Part shown: positions 43,675 to 54,135 of the stretch, piece by piece | Numbering within the stretch: the first letter of the stretch is position 1 | How the letters are laid out: every line of letters starts with the position of its first letter | Assembly: GCA_965200245.1 (NCBI GenBank) | Contig: CBDATS010000004.1 | Coordinates: forward strand, 448,001-512,000 | Origin: a bacterium | GTDB lineage: Bacteria; UBA8248 | Length of the DNA: 64,000 nucleotides | Direction of reading: 5' to 3' | Position numbers and translations under genes: made by a program | The notes under the pieces: model-generated | What the model was told of the DNA's origin: nothing | Databases searched by the model: none | Seen by the model: the letters and a program-made list of their open reading frames with translations, nothing else

Positions 43675-45586
43675 GCGCCTCCAGATCGGCAGAATCAGCC
43701 TCGTCTTGCATCAAGACACGAGCCGCCTGGGTGATATCACCCGGCGTCAGTCCACAATCCTCGAGCTGGAGTTGAGGCGCCCCGTGCTCAATAAACCGAT
43801 CGGGAATACCCAGAACCGTGGTAGAAACGTCCTGGATGCCATTCTCTGCCAAGAGTTCCAGAACGCCAGCCCCCATCCCACCGACGCGCGTACCCTCCTC
43901 AATCGTCACGACGCGCTTACACCGCCTGGCGAGTCCTAAAACTTTCTCATCATCCATCGGTTTGACAAAGCGAAGATTCAAGACCGATGCCCGTATTCCG
44001 AGTTCTTGCAATTGCGCAGCAGACTCCATCGCGAGACCAACCATGGGACCCAAGGCGATGAGAGCGACATCTTCGCCATCGCGAAGCAGTTCCGCCTCTC
44101 CGACAGGAATCGTCTCGATATCCTCATCCAACGGCACCCCAACGCCTGAGCCACGCGCAAAGCGCACTGCTGCAGGACCCGGATATTCAATCGCGGTTAA
44201 GACCATTTTCTGAAGTTCGTTTTCGTCTTTAGGCGACATGATGACCATGTTCGGCAGACACCGAAGATAGGCCAGGTCATAAGCCCCTTGATGGGTGGGG
44301 CCGTCATCACCGACAAGTCCGGCCCGATCCAGCGCAAAGGTAACGGGCACATTCGTGAGGCAAACGTCATGGATGATCTGATCGTAGGCGCGCTGCAAGA
44401 AAGTGCTGTAAATGGCGACGACCGGCTTCATGTCCTCAAGCGCGAGCCCTGTAGCAAAAGTTACCGCATGCTGTTCGCACATCCCTACGTCAAAGCAGCG
44501 ATCCGGCAAGGCTTTTTGATAGTTGACGAGCGCCGTACCCTCAAGCATAGCTGCCGAGATGGCGACAACCTTTTCATCCTTTTTGCTGAGCTTGATCATG
44601 GTATCGGTAAAAACTTTTGAATAACCGGGAGGTCCAGGTGCTTTTTTGTGGAATTTGCCGGATTCGGGGTCGAATTTCGTCACACCGTGATAAGTGATAG
44701 GTTCTGCCTCGCTGTGGGGATACCCATATCCTTTGCGCGTAACGACGTGAACGAGATTGGGACCATCCATATTTTTCACGTTTTTAAGTGTGGGAATCAG
44801 CAAATCGAGCCTGTGCCCATCTACCGGGCCGATGTACCGAAAACCCAGTTCTTCAAACAAAATGCCCGGTACGATGATATTTTTCAGAGATTCTTCCACC
44901 CTGTCCATGAGCGTAACGGCATGATTGCCCACCAAGGGGAGGTGACTGATTATTTTCTGAACTTCGCCGCGCACCTTGCGGATCCGATTCGACCACTCAC
45001 CCGTCATAATTCGCGCCAAGTAGGAACACATCGCACCCACGTTATGCGAAATTCCCATTTTATTGTCGTTGAGAATGACGGTGAGATTTCTCTTTGCATC
45101 GCCAGCGTTGTTGAGCCCTTCCATCGCCAAGCCGGCTGTCAAGCTCCCGTCTCCAATAATGGCGACGACCTGATAATCCTCACCCGAAAGGTCCCGCGCC
45201 GTGGCCATGCCCAATGCCGCCGATATGGAGGTACCTCCATGCGCCACATTCAGATGGTCATATTCACTCTCGCGCCTGTCCGGAAAACCGGCGATTCCCT
45301 TCCACTGCCTCAGCGTATGGAAACTATCCCGTCGCCCCGTCAATATCTTGTGGGTATAGGCCTGATGGCCGACGTCCCAAATCAACTTGTCCTTCGGCGT
45401 GTCATAGAGATAGTGAAGCGCTACAATGAGTTCCGCCGCTCCCAAGGAAGCGCCGAGATGCCCACCCGTGTTGGAGGTTACCTGAATAACCATATCGCGG
45501 AGTTCATCCACGACCTGAGGCAACTCCTTCGCTGACAGTCGCTTCAAATCCGCCGGGCTATCTATACGTTCGAGCAATTCACCCAT
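43649..45586 (-). CDS. dxs: 1-deoxy-D-xylulose-5-phosphate synthase
   Basis: GGHLGASLG, WDVGHQAY, IGDGSLTAG...NDN, YSTFLQRAYDQ, DRAGLVGDDGPTH. Confidence 0.97.
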   Translation of the reverse strand: MGELLERIDSPADLKRLSAKELPQVVDELRDMVIQVTSNTGGHLGASLGAAELIVALHYLYDTPKDKLIWDVGHQAYTHKILTGRRDSFHTLRQWKGIAGFPDRRESEYDHLNVAHGGTSISAALGMATARDLSGEDYQVVAIIGDGSLTAGLAMEGLNNAGDAKRNLTVILNDNKMGISHNVGAMCSYLARIMTGEWSNRIRKVRGEVQKIISHLPLVGNHAVTLMDRVEESLKNIIVPGILFEELGFRYIGPVDGHRLDLLIPTLKNVKNMDGPNLVHVVTRKGYGYPHSEAEPITYHGVTKFDPESGKFHKKAPGPPGYSKVFTDTMIKLSKKDEKVVAISAAMLEGTALVNYQKALPDRCFDVGMCEQHAVTFATGLALEDMKPVVAIYSTFLQRAYDQIIHDVCLTNVPVTFALDRAGLVGDDGPTHQGAYDLAYLRCLPNMVIMSPKDENELQKMVLTAIEYPGPAAVRFARGSGVGVPLDEDIETIPVGEAELLRDGEDVALIALGPMVGLAMESAAQLQELGIRASVLNLRFVKPMDDEKVLGLARRCKRVVTIEEGTRVGGMGAGVLELLAENGIQDVSTTVLGIPDRFIEHGAPQLQLEDCGLTPGDITQAARVLMQDEADSADLEAHGTETEAR

Positions 45587-45699
45587 AACGCCCCCCTACT
45601 GACACTCGCTTCGACACAGAGTCTGCGTCATCATGGAAATGCCACCCTTCCCGACATTTCCGTTTTGGTTCAAAGTCAATCAAGAAATATAGTAGATTG

Positions 45700-46614
45700 T
45701 CAGAACCGACGCAAGATAATAAATTGCGCCAAAGATTCGAGTTCCGGCGCATTATTCGGGAAAATTTCCAACGCTTGCAATGCTTCCTCGCAAGCGGAGC
45801 GCGCCAGTTTTTTCGACGTCTCCATACCATACAAGGCGGGATAGGTTGCTTTGTTCAGCCCCTCATCCGAACCCGTGGGCTTTCCCATGAGGGCTTCATC
45901 GCCTTCCACATCCAAAATATCGTCCACAATTTGAAACGCCAGTCCAATCCTCTCTCCATAAACGTGCAACGCTTCCAGCTGCGCTTCATCACCGCCACCG
46001 AGTAGGCCCCCCAAACAAACGGAAACCCTCAAGAGCGCACCCGTTTTTCTCCTATGGATTTCCTCCAAATGTGCCACATCACTCACCAGGCCATCGGCCC
46101 GAATGTCCAAAAGCTGTCCCCCTACCATACCCGTCGCACCCACCGCCTCCGCGACCATTCGAATCGCTTGCACATGGCGTTCAGGCGAAATTTTCGCCGC
46201 CATTCGTTCGTTCGCCATCAACTCGAAGGCCAAGGCCTGCAACCCATCACCTGCGAGAATCGCCGCCGCCTGGCCATATACCTTGTGACTCGTAGGCATC
46301 CCGCGTCTGAGGTTGTCATCGTCCATGGCGGGCAAATCATCATGGATCAAGGAATAGGAGTGAATACACTCCAGGGCACAGGCGGCAGGCAGGATGAATT
46401 CGGGGTTTGCGCCTACGGCTTCGCATCCAGCCAAGCAAAGCACGGGGCGCAGGCGCTTCCCTCCCGCGAAAAGGCTGTAGCGCATGATCTCGAAAATCTC
46501 GGGTGGTTCGGAGGATTCTGGCACAAGGCGACCCAACTCATCTTCCACGCGTTTCGCCCATCGATCCAGGTAAGCTGCGGCATCAATACCGCCTGTGGGT
46601 TCGACCTCAGACAT
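45700..46614 (-). CDS. ispA: Farnesyl/geranyl diphosphate synthase
   Basis: GGKRLRP, SLIHDDLPAMDDDNLRRG, KTGAL, FQIVDDILD, KATYP. Confidence 0.95.
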   Translation of the reverse strand: MSEVEPTGGIDAAAYLDRWAKRVEDELGRLVPESSEPPEIFEIMRYSLFAGGKRLRPVLCLAGCEAVGANPEFILPAACALECIHSYSLIHDDLPAMDDDNLRRGMPTSHKVYGQAAAILAGDGLQALAFELMANERMAAKISPERHVQAIRMVAEAVGATGMVGGQLLDIRADGLVSDVAHLEEIHRRKTGALLRVSVCLGGLLGGGDEAQLEALHVYGERIGLAFQIVDDILDVEGDEALMGKPTGSDEGLNKATYPALYGMETSKKLARSACEEALQALEIFPNNAPELESLAQFIILRRF

Positions 46615-46876
46615 CATCTTCACCATTTTCAAACGGATGCAACGAAAACGTTTCTTCCGATCCTCCGACGAGTTCTTCCACTTTCTTTTGCGCTGCGTTC
46701 AACTGCTCCCGGCTATAGCGGAAGAGCTTCACACCCTCTTCATACAACAAAACCGCCTTCTCCAGGGAAGGTTCACCCCCTTCAAGTTCTTCGACGACAG
46801 CTTCCAGGCGCTCCAGCGCAGCCTCGAAACTTTTTGGTTCCGCATCAGAGTTCACGGACACATTCTCCGTATTCAT
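46607..46876 (-). CDS. xseB: Exodeoxyribonuclease VII small subunit
   Basis: FEAALERLEAVVEELE..LEKAVLLYEEG; located between xseA and ispA. Confidence 0.93.
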   Translation of the reverse strand: MNTENVSVNSDAEPKSFEAALERLEAVVEELEGGEPSLEKAVLLYEEGVKLFRYSREQLNAAQKKVEELVGGSEETFSLHPFENGEDDV

Positions 46877-48273
46877 GGCCCCTCTCCCTCGGGCAGTACT
46901 TCTTCGACTCGGCACCTCAAACCACCTTGCGATAAACGAATCCGCACGAATTCCTGTTTTCTCACGTTTTCGACCTTTTTCACCAATGCGCCATCCAGTT
47001 CCTTGTACACCAAGCTGTATCCCCGCGCCAAAACGGCCAGCGGCGACACCAACTCAAGGCGTCCAGCAGTAGTCTTTAACACACCCGCCCTGTTTTTCAA
47101 CAACAATCCTTGCGCCGTATGCAAGTGTTTCAAATTGTCTTCGAGTCTTGATATCAATACACCTATTTTCACTTTGGGTGAGAGCATCCGCAACCTCGGA
47201 CCCATCCCCTCCAAATACATCCGCCCCATCTGCTCTCTTTGCCTGGCGGCCGTGCTCATTCGCTCATAGAGGGCATCCAGACGCTGCGCCAACGATTCGA
47301 GCGGGGCTTCTGGCCTTCTGAATACAGGTTCTCTCAGAAAACGGGACAATCTCTCATCGAAAGAGGCCAGGAGAGTTTCCACCGCCCGGCGCGCATCCTG
47401 GATCAAGTCGGAAACGTCTCTGGCGACATTCTGCCAGTTCCTGGCCACTCGCTCGGCCGCCGCCGTGGGCGTGAGTGCCGATTCATCGGCTGCCAAATCG
47501 CCAAGCGAGGTATCGACCTCATGCCCCACCGCCGACATGATGGGCGTTCTGCAATCAGCGATTGCCCGAACCACCTCCTCTTCGTTGAACGCCCATAAAT
47601 CCTCCCGGCTTCCTCCACCGCGACCCGTGATGATGAGGTCTACGGGACGCCCCATCGCTGCGAGATTCTCATCCGCTCTTCGAATCGCCGCCGCGATAGA
47701 AGAAGCGGCGCTCTCTCCCTGCACCTGGGTGTGAACGATGACGATTTCCACAATCGGTGCGCGTTCCTTGAAAACCCGCAACATATCCTGCAAGGCGGCG
47801 CCTTCACGGCTCGTCACCAATGCCACGCATCGAGGACGTTGGGGGATATCCATTTTCCGCAACGGATCGAACAGACCTTCTTTTTCCAGTCGTTCATGCA
47901 ACTGTCGAAAGGCGACCTCAAGCGCGCCTTCTCCCAAGGGCTCCATCGAAAGTGCCGATAACTGGAAGTTTCCTTCCTTCTCATAAAGGGTCACACGACA
48001 ACGGATCATTACGCGTATGCCCACTTCGGGCTCGAAGCGCAAAAAACGCCTCCGGCCCGAAAACATCACCGCGCTTACCCTGGATGCGGCGTCTTTCAGA
48101 GCGAAATAGGAATGTCCGGATATGTGGTTGTTCAAGGATGAGATTTCACCCTCGACCAATATCTCGCCTAATTCACCTTCCAGCAATTCTTTCACGCGCG
48201 CGTTGAGTTGTGAGACGGTGAACACCGCCGGGGCTGCACGAGGCGTATCGTTACCCAGAAGGTCTACATTCAT
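46873..48273 (-). CDS. xseA: Exodeoxyribonuclease VII large subunit
   Basis: VEGEIS, SGHSYFALKD, RGGGSREDLWAFNEE, SAVGHEVD, TPTAAAE, VLARGYS. Confidence 0.96.
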   Translation of the reverse strand: MNVDLLGNDTPRAAPAVFTVSQLNARVKELLEGELGEILVEGEISSLNNHISGHSYFALKDAASRVSAVMFSGRRRFLRFEPEVGIRVMIRCRVTLYEKEGNFQLSALSMEPLGEGALEVAFRQLHERLEKEGLFDPLRKMDIPQRPRCVALVTSREGAALQDMLRVFKERAPIVEIVIVHTQVQGESAASSIAAAIRRADENLAAMGRPVDLIITGRGGGSREDLWAFNEEEVVRAIADCRTPIMSAVGHEVDTSLGDLAADESALTPTAAAERVARNWQNVARDVSDLIQDARRAVETLLASFDERLSRFLREPVFRRPEAPLESLAQRLDALYERMSTAARQREQMGRMYLEGMGPRLRMLSPKVKIGVLISRLEDNLKHLHTAQGLLLKNRAGVLKTTAGRLELVSPLAVLARGYSLVYKELDGALVKKVENVRKQEFVRIRLSQGGLRCRVEEVLPEGEGP

Positions 48274-48292
48274 TCGGGAACCTTTATCAGTT

Positions 48293-49159
48293 CTATGCCC
48301 CCACTTCTTGCGACTGGAGAGAGTATGCACGAACCGTGTTCATCATCAGCATGGCGACCGTCATCGGTCCCACACCACCCGGCACAGGCGTGATAGCGGA
48401 AACCTTCTCAATCAAAGGTTCGAAATCACAATCGCCGACCAGTTCCCCATCCACCCGGTTAATGCCGACATCGACCACTATGGCCCCTTGCCGAACCATA
48501 TCCTCGGTCAGGAATTTCGCCCTCCCCAAGGCTGCCACTACGATATCGGCTTCTCTCGTGATGGCGGGAATGTCGCGTGTCCGGGAGTGGCACACTGTCA
48601 CCGTCGCATTCTCGTGCAGCATCAATATCGACAGAGGAAGCCCCACAATCTTGCTACGCCCGATGATGACCGTTTTCTTCCCTTCCAAGCCGATGTCGTA
48701 GAACTTCAAAATCTCGAGGACTCCGGCAGGCGTACAGGGTTTGAGTTCTCCCTGTTTTAGCGCCAGCTTTCCGAAATTCTCCGGATGAAAGACGTCGGCG
48801 TCTTTGCGGGGAGATACCTTGCGCAGCACTTCATCCTCATTCAAATGTCCGGGGATCGGCAGCTGCACCAATATCCCATCCACCTTGTCATCGTGGTTCA
48901 ATTCTTCGATCAGCGAAACGATATCCTCTTGCCTCGCATTCTCGTCGAGATGGTGATCGAAGGTCTGGATGCCGAGCTTCTTGGCGGAACGTCCCTTGAT
49001 GCGGACGTATACCTGAGAGGCCGGGTCCTCTCCCACCAGCACGACGGCGAGCCCCGGAGGCCTGCCGACCTTGGGAGTCAGGGTATCGATGGAAGTCTTG
49101 AGTTCCTCCATCACCTTGTCAGCCACGGGTTTACCTTCCAGGAGCAGGGCTTGTGGCAT
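48293..49159 (-). CDS. folD: Methylenetetrahydrofolate dehydrogenase/cyclohydrolase
   Basis: GEDPASQVYV, GILVQLP, PCTPAG, GRSKIVG, DVGINR, TPVPGGVGPMT. Confidence 0.97.
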   Translation of the reverse strand: MPQALLLEGKPVADKVMEELKTSIDTLTPKVGRPPGLAVVLVGEDPASQVYVRIKGRSAKKLGIQTFDHHLDENARQEDIVSLIEELNHDDKVDGILVQLPIPGHLNEDEVLRKVSPRKDADVFHPENFGKLALKQGELKPCTPAGVLEILKFYDIGLEGKKTVIIGRSKIVGLPLSILMLHENATVTVCHSRTRDIPAITREADIVVAALGRAKFLTEDMVRQGAIVVDVGINRVDGELVGDCDFEPLIEKVSAITPVPGGVGPMTVAMLMMNTVRAYSLQSQEVGA

Positions 49160-49213
49160 TCTACATCCTTTATCTCGGGCGCGGCGGATACGAAATTTCG
49201 TCTCGAACAGGCA

Positions 49214-50185
49214 CTACACCAGAATTTTTCCGTCCTGGATGATCATCTGCTCATCAGCCCATACGGTGGGATGGTCGAAAATCATGTCGATGTGGAGCGG
49301 GGCTTCGATGTTGCCCCCGATGCTGCCGCTATCACCCACCGCCATGTGACAAGTGCCCCACGTCTTTTTTGCTTCCCGCATCGTCTCACGGGGCCTGCAC
49401 GCAGGATTCGTGCCGATGGCGAATTCAGCCACGTTCTTCGCCAGATCTCCGTTTTCATCGAGCAATTTCCAGAAACGATCCGCGGCGGCGCTTCCCGTAA
49501 TGGATGCGACTTTCCCTTCCTTAATCTCGATGCGCATTGGCTCGGTAACGAAACCCAAATCCTTTCGCTCAATAGAGAAGGGATTCACCATCACGCCGTT
49601 CGACGTGCCCTCCAGGGGACTCATGGCCGCTTCTCCGTCGGGACACGCCGCGAATTCTCCGGATTTTCTCGCCACGCCAATGAGGGGGAAACAGGTCCTG
49701 CCCTCAAGCGAGAACTCCATGTCACATCCGTCCGGCGTCGTGAACCGGCCCGTTATGGCCTCGGTGTAAATATCGGAAATCACTTGAGTGACACGGGCCA
49801 CCTCGTCGTAATCGGCCAAGGCACCTCCTGCGACCATCATATCCTCGCGCCATCCCCACATATCCAGAACGCGAGCACCCTGTTTGAGCGCGTTTCTGGC
49901 CGTCTCGGTATGGATAGTGGCGAAGCTGGTCTGGAGTATCACCACGTCGGAAGCCGCCATCGCCGCCCCCACTTGGGGCAGCGGGTCGATCCCCCCGTTC
50001 ATATGCGGGGGCATGTGCATGACAGAAAGCTTCGCTCCCGCGGCGCTTAAGGCATGCGCCAACGCTTCGGTGATCGAAGCGGGACGATCCGAATCCGTTA
50101 CAAGAAGCACCAGTTCGCGTTCTTTCACATCAAGAACCTGCTCGACGATACGCCTGGCAGTAGGTGCCATATTGAACTTTACCAT
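49214..50185 (-). CDS. M29-like aminopeptidase / leucyl-aminopeptidase-like metalloprotein
   Basis: PDGE, AEFAIGTNP, EAKK..GTCHMAVG, PLHID. The same fold includes NicX-type dioxygenases, so the substrate is unknown. Confidence 0.75.
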   Translation of the reverse strand: MVKFNMAPTARRIVEQVLDVKERELVLLVTDSDRPASITEALAHALSAAGAKLSVMHMPPHMNGGIDPLPQVGAAMAASDVVILQTSFATIHTETARNALKQGARVLDMWGWREDMMVAGGALADYDEVARVTQVISDIYTEAITGRFTTPDGCDMEFSLEGRTCFPLIGVARKSGEFAACPDGEAAMSPLEGTSNGVMVNPFSIERKDLGFVTEPMRIEIKEGKVASITGSAAADRFWKLLDENGDLAKNVAEFAIGTNPACRPRETMREAKKTWGTCHMAVGDSGSIGGNIEAPLHIDMIFDHPTVWADEQMIIQDGKILV

Positions 50186-51031
50186 TTCATCACCCCTGTG
50201 GGCTGGAAACCAAGAATTGATGACGCCTCGACAAAATGAATTGTCTCCCGGCGGAACTGTCTTTTGAATCGCAGCATTATATGGGCCTGGGAAATATAGT
50301 CGCAAGAGCACGATCCGGTATGCGAAGAAACGTTGGCATCCGAGAGTATTTTTCCATACTCAGCCCATACACAGCGAACACACAGGTAAAAAATTCCAGA
50401 AATCCTTGCCTTCCAGCAAACTTCATCATCAAAATCAAGAACAAAAGTGACGATCCATGCGTTATGATGATCGAGTGGAAAAGTCCACCGGCAGTGCTTG
50501 GATCTGAAAAATTCCACCGCTGATTGTGCTTCCTTTCCCTGCAATCAGGTTGTACGGTTTTGTTTATTTTCCACACGAATTTCCAAACGGGGGAAATGGA
50601 ACAGCGGGAAATGATATTATGTCCAAAGGCCCACAAGACAAAAAAGGCCAAGCGATGTCACATGTTGCGCTGGATGAGTCGCCAAGGTCGCTACAGGCGA
50701 ACTCGGAGACGTGCAACAAAGAGCAGGAAGGTAGGTCCAATAGCGATCTATCTTACACCTGAGCGCAGGAAAGAAACCACACAAAACGGTGCGGCGGTGT
50801 GCAGCAGCTTGCAAGAAATTCCGATGATTTCCTCTCTTGACTACAAATTCCTCGTTGAAGTCGGCGCGGGTCGTGTTCCCGCCAAAGACCCCTGGCACCT
50901 GTACCCGATCCTAGTATCAGGCAATTCGATATGTTTCCAAGCACCGACACTGGTCTTGGACTGGCAGGCGTCGTTTCGCCGCGCTGGTGGCGATAGCACC
51001 TATCCGTACCCCACACTATTCTGGGCATCCC

Positions 51032-51541
51032 TCACCTGTGATGCCAAATCTCTGGCTCAGGCGGCCGAAGTTCCATTAACTGAAGCAACTTTCTCCTGAG
51101 CCTCTTTACTTGGCTTCGCGTCCATGTCTCTTGGTTTTTCAACCGTGCCAGCGCGTGTGCGATATTTTCGGGGCCTGCGTCATCGACTACACATACCTCC
51201 TGCGACTTTCCGCGGGTCCGAAGTTCACGCACATCTCTTGCGACAACGATGGCAATCCCCCGATACATATTTGTGGGCTTCCTCGCCTCGAATGTCCGAC
51301 CTCGTTCATCGATCTCCTGCAGACAAACGCAATTCAACCTCGTGAAAGAGAGCCCGTGGCGCGATGAATCTTGTGAAGGAATGACTGTCGGTGACAAGAA
51401 CCCGTCGTCATTGACGTAATCTTCGAGGTAAATGAAACGAGCGGGCGTTTCTTCATCCAACACAATGCCCGGTGAACCTTCAGATTGTGGTTCGCACTCT
51501 TCCGGGCAAGTTGTCTGTTCACCGTCGCCGCTGGCGACCAT
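51032..51541 (-). CDS. Hypothetical protein with ART/RES-like toxin pattern
   Basis: EETPARFIY, GLSFTRL, GIA...VR, VVDD...NIAHA pattern. Start overlaps the end of the upstream partner gene. Confidence 0.55.
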   Translation of the reverse strand: MVASGDGEQTTCPEECEPQSEGSPGIVLDEETPARFIYLEDYVNDDGFLSPTVIPSQDSSRHGLSFTRLNCVCLQEIDERGRTFEARKPTNMYRGIAIVVARDVRELRTRGKSQEVCVVDDAGPENIAHALARLKNQETWTRSQVKRLRRKLLQLMELRPPEPEIWHHR

Positions 51542-52292
51542 TCGAGACCGTCAGAATCGCATCGAGTAGTGCGCGTGGTATGGAGCGACCAGTGAATTCG
51601 ACTGAATCATCGATATCAATCGCTTTTTGTTTCACTTCAGCGAAAAAATGAAGCATGCCATCACCAACAAAGCCGACATCAAACAAAACATCATCGCTTC
51701 GTCAATAAATGCAATTTTCTCCATCCTCAGCGACGGCAACGCTTGGGAGTTTGACATTTCACGGAAGCGAATTGATGAACCTCGTCGCGGCATCGACCGC
51801 CTCCCTCGTTGGAACTACACTCGTTTCGTCCACAAAGCCACCCTCAATTCGCCAGTTGCTCACCTAGAGAGGAGCGACGTCAGCCAAGCCGCTCGTTGAG
51901 AACTCAAAACCTTCATCGGTTGCACCCATGGCAGGCGGGTTTACGACATATGGTTTGGAACTCATATACAATGCTACCCACGGTAGTATCGCATACATTT
52001 CCACGTTTCCTGGGCTAAGTAACTTCGCCACCTCCACGTGCCTTAACCCCTACCCAGCGGCCATGCAGAATATCCGCCCTAATTGACTTGGATTTATATG
52101 TCCCAAGAACGTCACACTACCCTTATGGAAACACAAAGTTAAGGCTTTGGGTAATTCTGTATCGTCTTGACAAACTGCTTCGATGTCGCCTCCCGATAGT
52201 CGGCTTTTCATGGAGTTTTCTTTGTCTATGCTGGTCTGGAGTTCTTGTTGTCACTCGCTAAACATGACATTCTGATCTCGTGCCGTTGTCAT
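51519..52292 (-). pseudogene. Decayed partner gene of the ART-like ORF
   Basis: C-half reads VPTREAVDAATRFINSLP*NVKLPSVAVAEDGENCIY*RSDDVLFDVGFVGDG..., with in-frame TGA at 51759-61 and 51702-04. More stops and frameshifts upstream; the 5' boundary is uncertain. Confidence 0.55.
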
Positions 52293-52343
52293 ATTATGCA
52301 GTGATCGAAGGCTGGCCAGAGAGGGAGCGACCAAACTCGCCGG

Positions 52344-52694
52344 ATGTGCGACCATTCCATATCTTTTGATCGGAATACCTCATTGGGTCATCTCTATGGG
52401 TTGTTGTTGAAACTTGGTCTCGATCTTTGCATTCCCATTGAGACCCGGACTGTTGCCGGCAAATCTGTGCACTCTGTCGGTGCCGGTACGCTCCTCGCTT
52501 GTCTCGGCAAAGCGATCTCCCGCGATGATGTGGAGGCGCTGGCGTCCGGGATCGCTGACTGGCATGACACGCTCGCGCCAGCCAGCGAAACCACTATCGT
52601 GTTTCGCGACAGCGCCTTTGCCGACGATGTCGCCAAGACAAACCTCGCGGCCATTCTTGAACAGCGTGGCCTCGGGAACGTCCGAAGCCTGTGA
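52344..52694 (+). pseudogene. C-terminal remnant of a type III R-M Mod methyltransferase
   Basis: LLLKLGLDLCIPIETRTVAGK...VFRDSAFADDVAKTNLAAILEQRGLGNVRSL, typical Mod C-terminus; catalytic region absent. Confidence 0.75.
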
Positions 52695-52717
52695 TACCGA
52701 CGGGGGAAGAAGAGTCC

Positions 52718-52979
52718 ATGAACCGGCATGAGTGGCTGCTGCAGACCATTCTCCACGGACGGTCGGATGCGAACATCCGCTTTGCCGACTTGCGTGCCCT
52801 GTTGCAGTATCTGGGATTCGCGGAGCGCGTTCGCGGAAGCCACCACGTCTATCGGAAAGCTGGTGTGGTCGAAAAACTCAACCTGCAGACTGCAGAGCAG
52901 TGGCGGACAGGCCAAACCTTATCAGGTGAGACAGGTTCGACAGTTGATCCTGAGATACCAACTGGGAGAAAACGACTGA
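52718..52979 (+). pseudogene. hicA: HicA toxin, frameshifted by a 7-bp duplication
   Basis: NIRFADLRALLQYLGF.ERVRGSHHVY, then AKPYQVRQVR in another frame. CTGCAGA is duplicated at 52883-52896. Confidence 0.8.
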
Positions 52980-53191
52980 TGCTCAAGTACGAGATCATCA
53001 TTTACTGGAGCAACGAAGATCGGGTGTTCATTGCCGAGGTGCCCGAGTTGCCTGGGTGCATGGGGCACGGCGACGATCAAGAGTCTGCGTTACGGAACAT
53101 CAACGACGCGATGCAACTCTGGATTGATACCACACGGGAATTCGGCGATCCCGTGCCTGAACCCAAGGGTGAACGCCTGATGTTCGCTTGA
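52979..53191 (+). CDS. hicB: HicB antitoxin
   Basis: YEIIIYWSNEDRVFIAEVPELPGCMGHG...WI...G.PVPEPKG; TGATG overlap with the hicA stop. Confidence 0.88.
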   Translation: MLKYEIIIYWSNEDRVFIAEVPELPGCMGHGDDQESALRNINDAMQLWIDTTREFGDPVPEPKGERLMFA

Positions 53192-53222
53192 CAGAACTCT
53201 CCCAAAGGAACCCGCCCCAGCC

Positions 53223-53290
53223 ATGATGAAGCCTCGTTTCGAGTCCAATCTTGATTTTCAGTTGCAGGTGATGGATGTCGTCTGCAACTG
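53223..53290 (+). pseudogene. N-terminal stub of a type III R-M Res subunit
   Basis: MKPRFESNLDFQLQVMDVVC resembles the MKL.FEPNLDYQ..A start of Res proteins; follows mod. Confidence 0.55.
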
Positions 53291-53491
53291 GCTGTGCAAC
53301 CCAAGATTCTACTGGACGGAGCCCACAACCACGCGAGAGCAGATATACCCGAAACACAGGTTTGCCTTTTTCTGGGAGGGTTTCTGTAAGAACAACCGAC
53401 TAACACTGTTCGACGACAAGAGTCCCGAAAGCATGAGCTGCCTCACTGGAGCAATGGCAGGGACGTTTCGAGTTCTCGAAGGTTCTACACC

Positions 53492-54132
53492 ATGAGCTGG
53501 TCTGAACACATGGTCCGGGCAGGACCCTATCAAGCGTGTATAGATAACAAACCCGACCCCGAGAAACACCGGGATCATGTTGAGCCCTGGCTGTCGGCGT
53601 TGTTTCAGGCCGAGCACTTGAATGTCTTGCTCGGTAGTGGCCTTACGACAGCCGTCGCCTGTGCCGCGGGCGCTTCAATTGTCGACATGAGCCCGACTAC
53701 GTTTGATTGCGACTACGCTGACACTGTGACGCAGGCAGCACGGGAAAGCGCGCAGCGACTTGAACGCAAGAAACTCAACCTCGAACGCCCTTCCGAAGTG
53801 TCTCCAACCGTGCTCTCACAATTCAACACCTTTCCCCTCTATCGATTTGTCAACGGCTGCGATCAGGAGCTGGTGAAGCGTCTCGTGCCGGACGGACTCG
53901 GTCCGCTCTTGCGAGAGTTTCCGAGCCTTCCCACCCGACGCGTGATATTATTCGGCTGGGCGGCACCGGCCCCGATTCTCGTCGAGGTTCAGGAGGGCAC
54001 TGGAGAACATCGGTCCCACTCCCCGGATCCACTTTCTGGGACATGTGGGTCGCCAACCAAGAGTGCCATGTCAACTGGAAGAGCATCGCGCAAACTTGGC
54101 AAGGCAGCGACCCGCCCGACCCTTCGGGTTAG
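53492..54132 (+). pseudogene. Chimeric remnant: Sir2-family N-terminus fused to HerA ATPase C-terminus
   Basis: VEPWLSALFQAEHLNVLLGSGLT (Sir2 start) joined at ~53785 to RPSEVSPTVLSQFNTF...DQELVKRLVPD...LPTRRVILFG..P (HerA end); further frameshift near 54030. Confidence 0.7.
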
Positions 54133-54135
54133 AAG

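Noticed and set aside
50236-51030. Several short ORFs at the left edge of the defence relic
   Set aside because: Overlapping on both strands with no recognisable family; left unannotated.
51519-52292. Alternative genetic code (TGA=Trp) or Sec read-through for the multi-TGA gene
   Set aside because: The overlapping partner uses TGG for Trp and ends in TGA, the gene also has frameshifts, and there is no Cys-motif context or SECIS. Decay explains it.
53290-53490. Possible reverse-transcriptase fragment after the res stub
   Set aside because: Only a vague resemblance (FFWEGFCKNN); no YADD or other RT motif.
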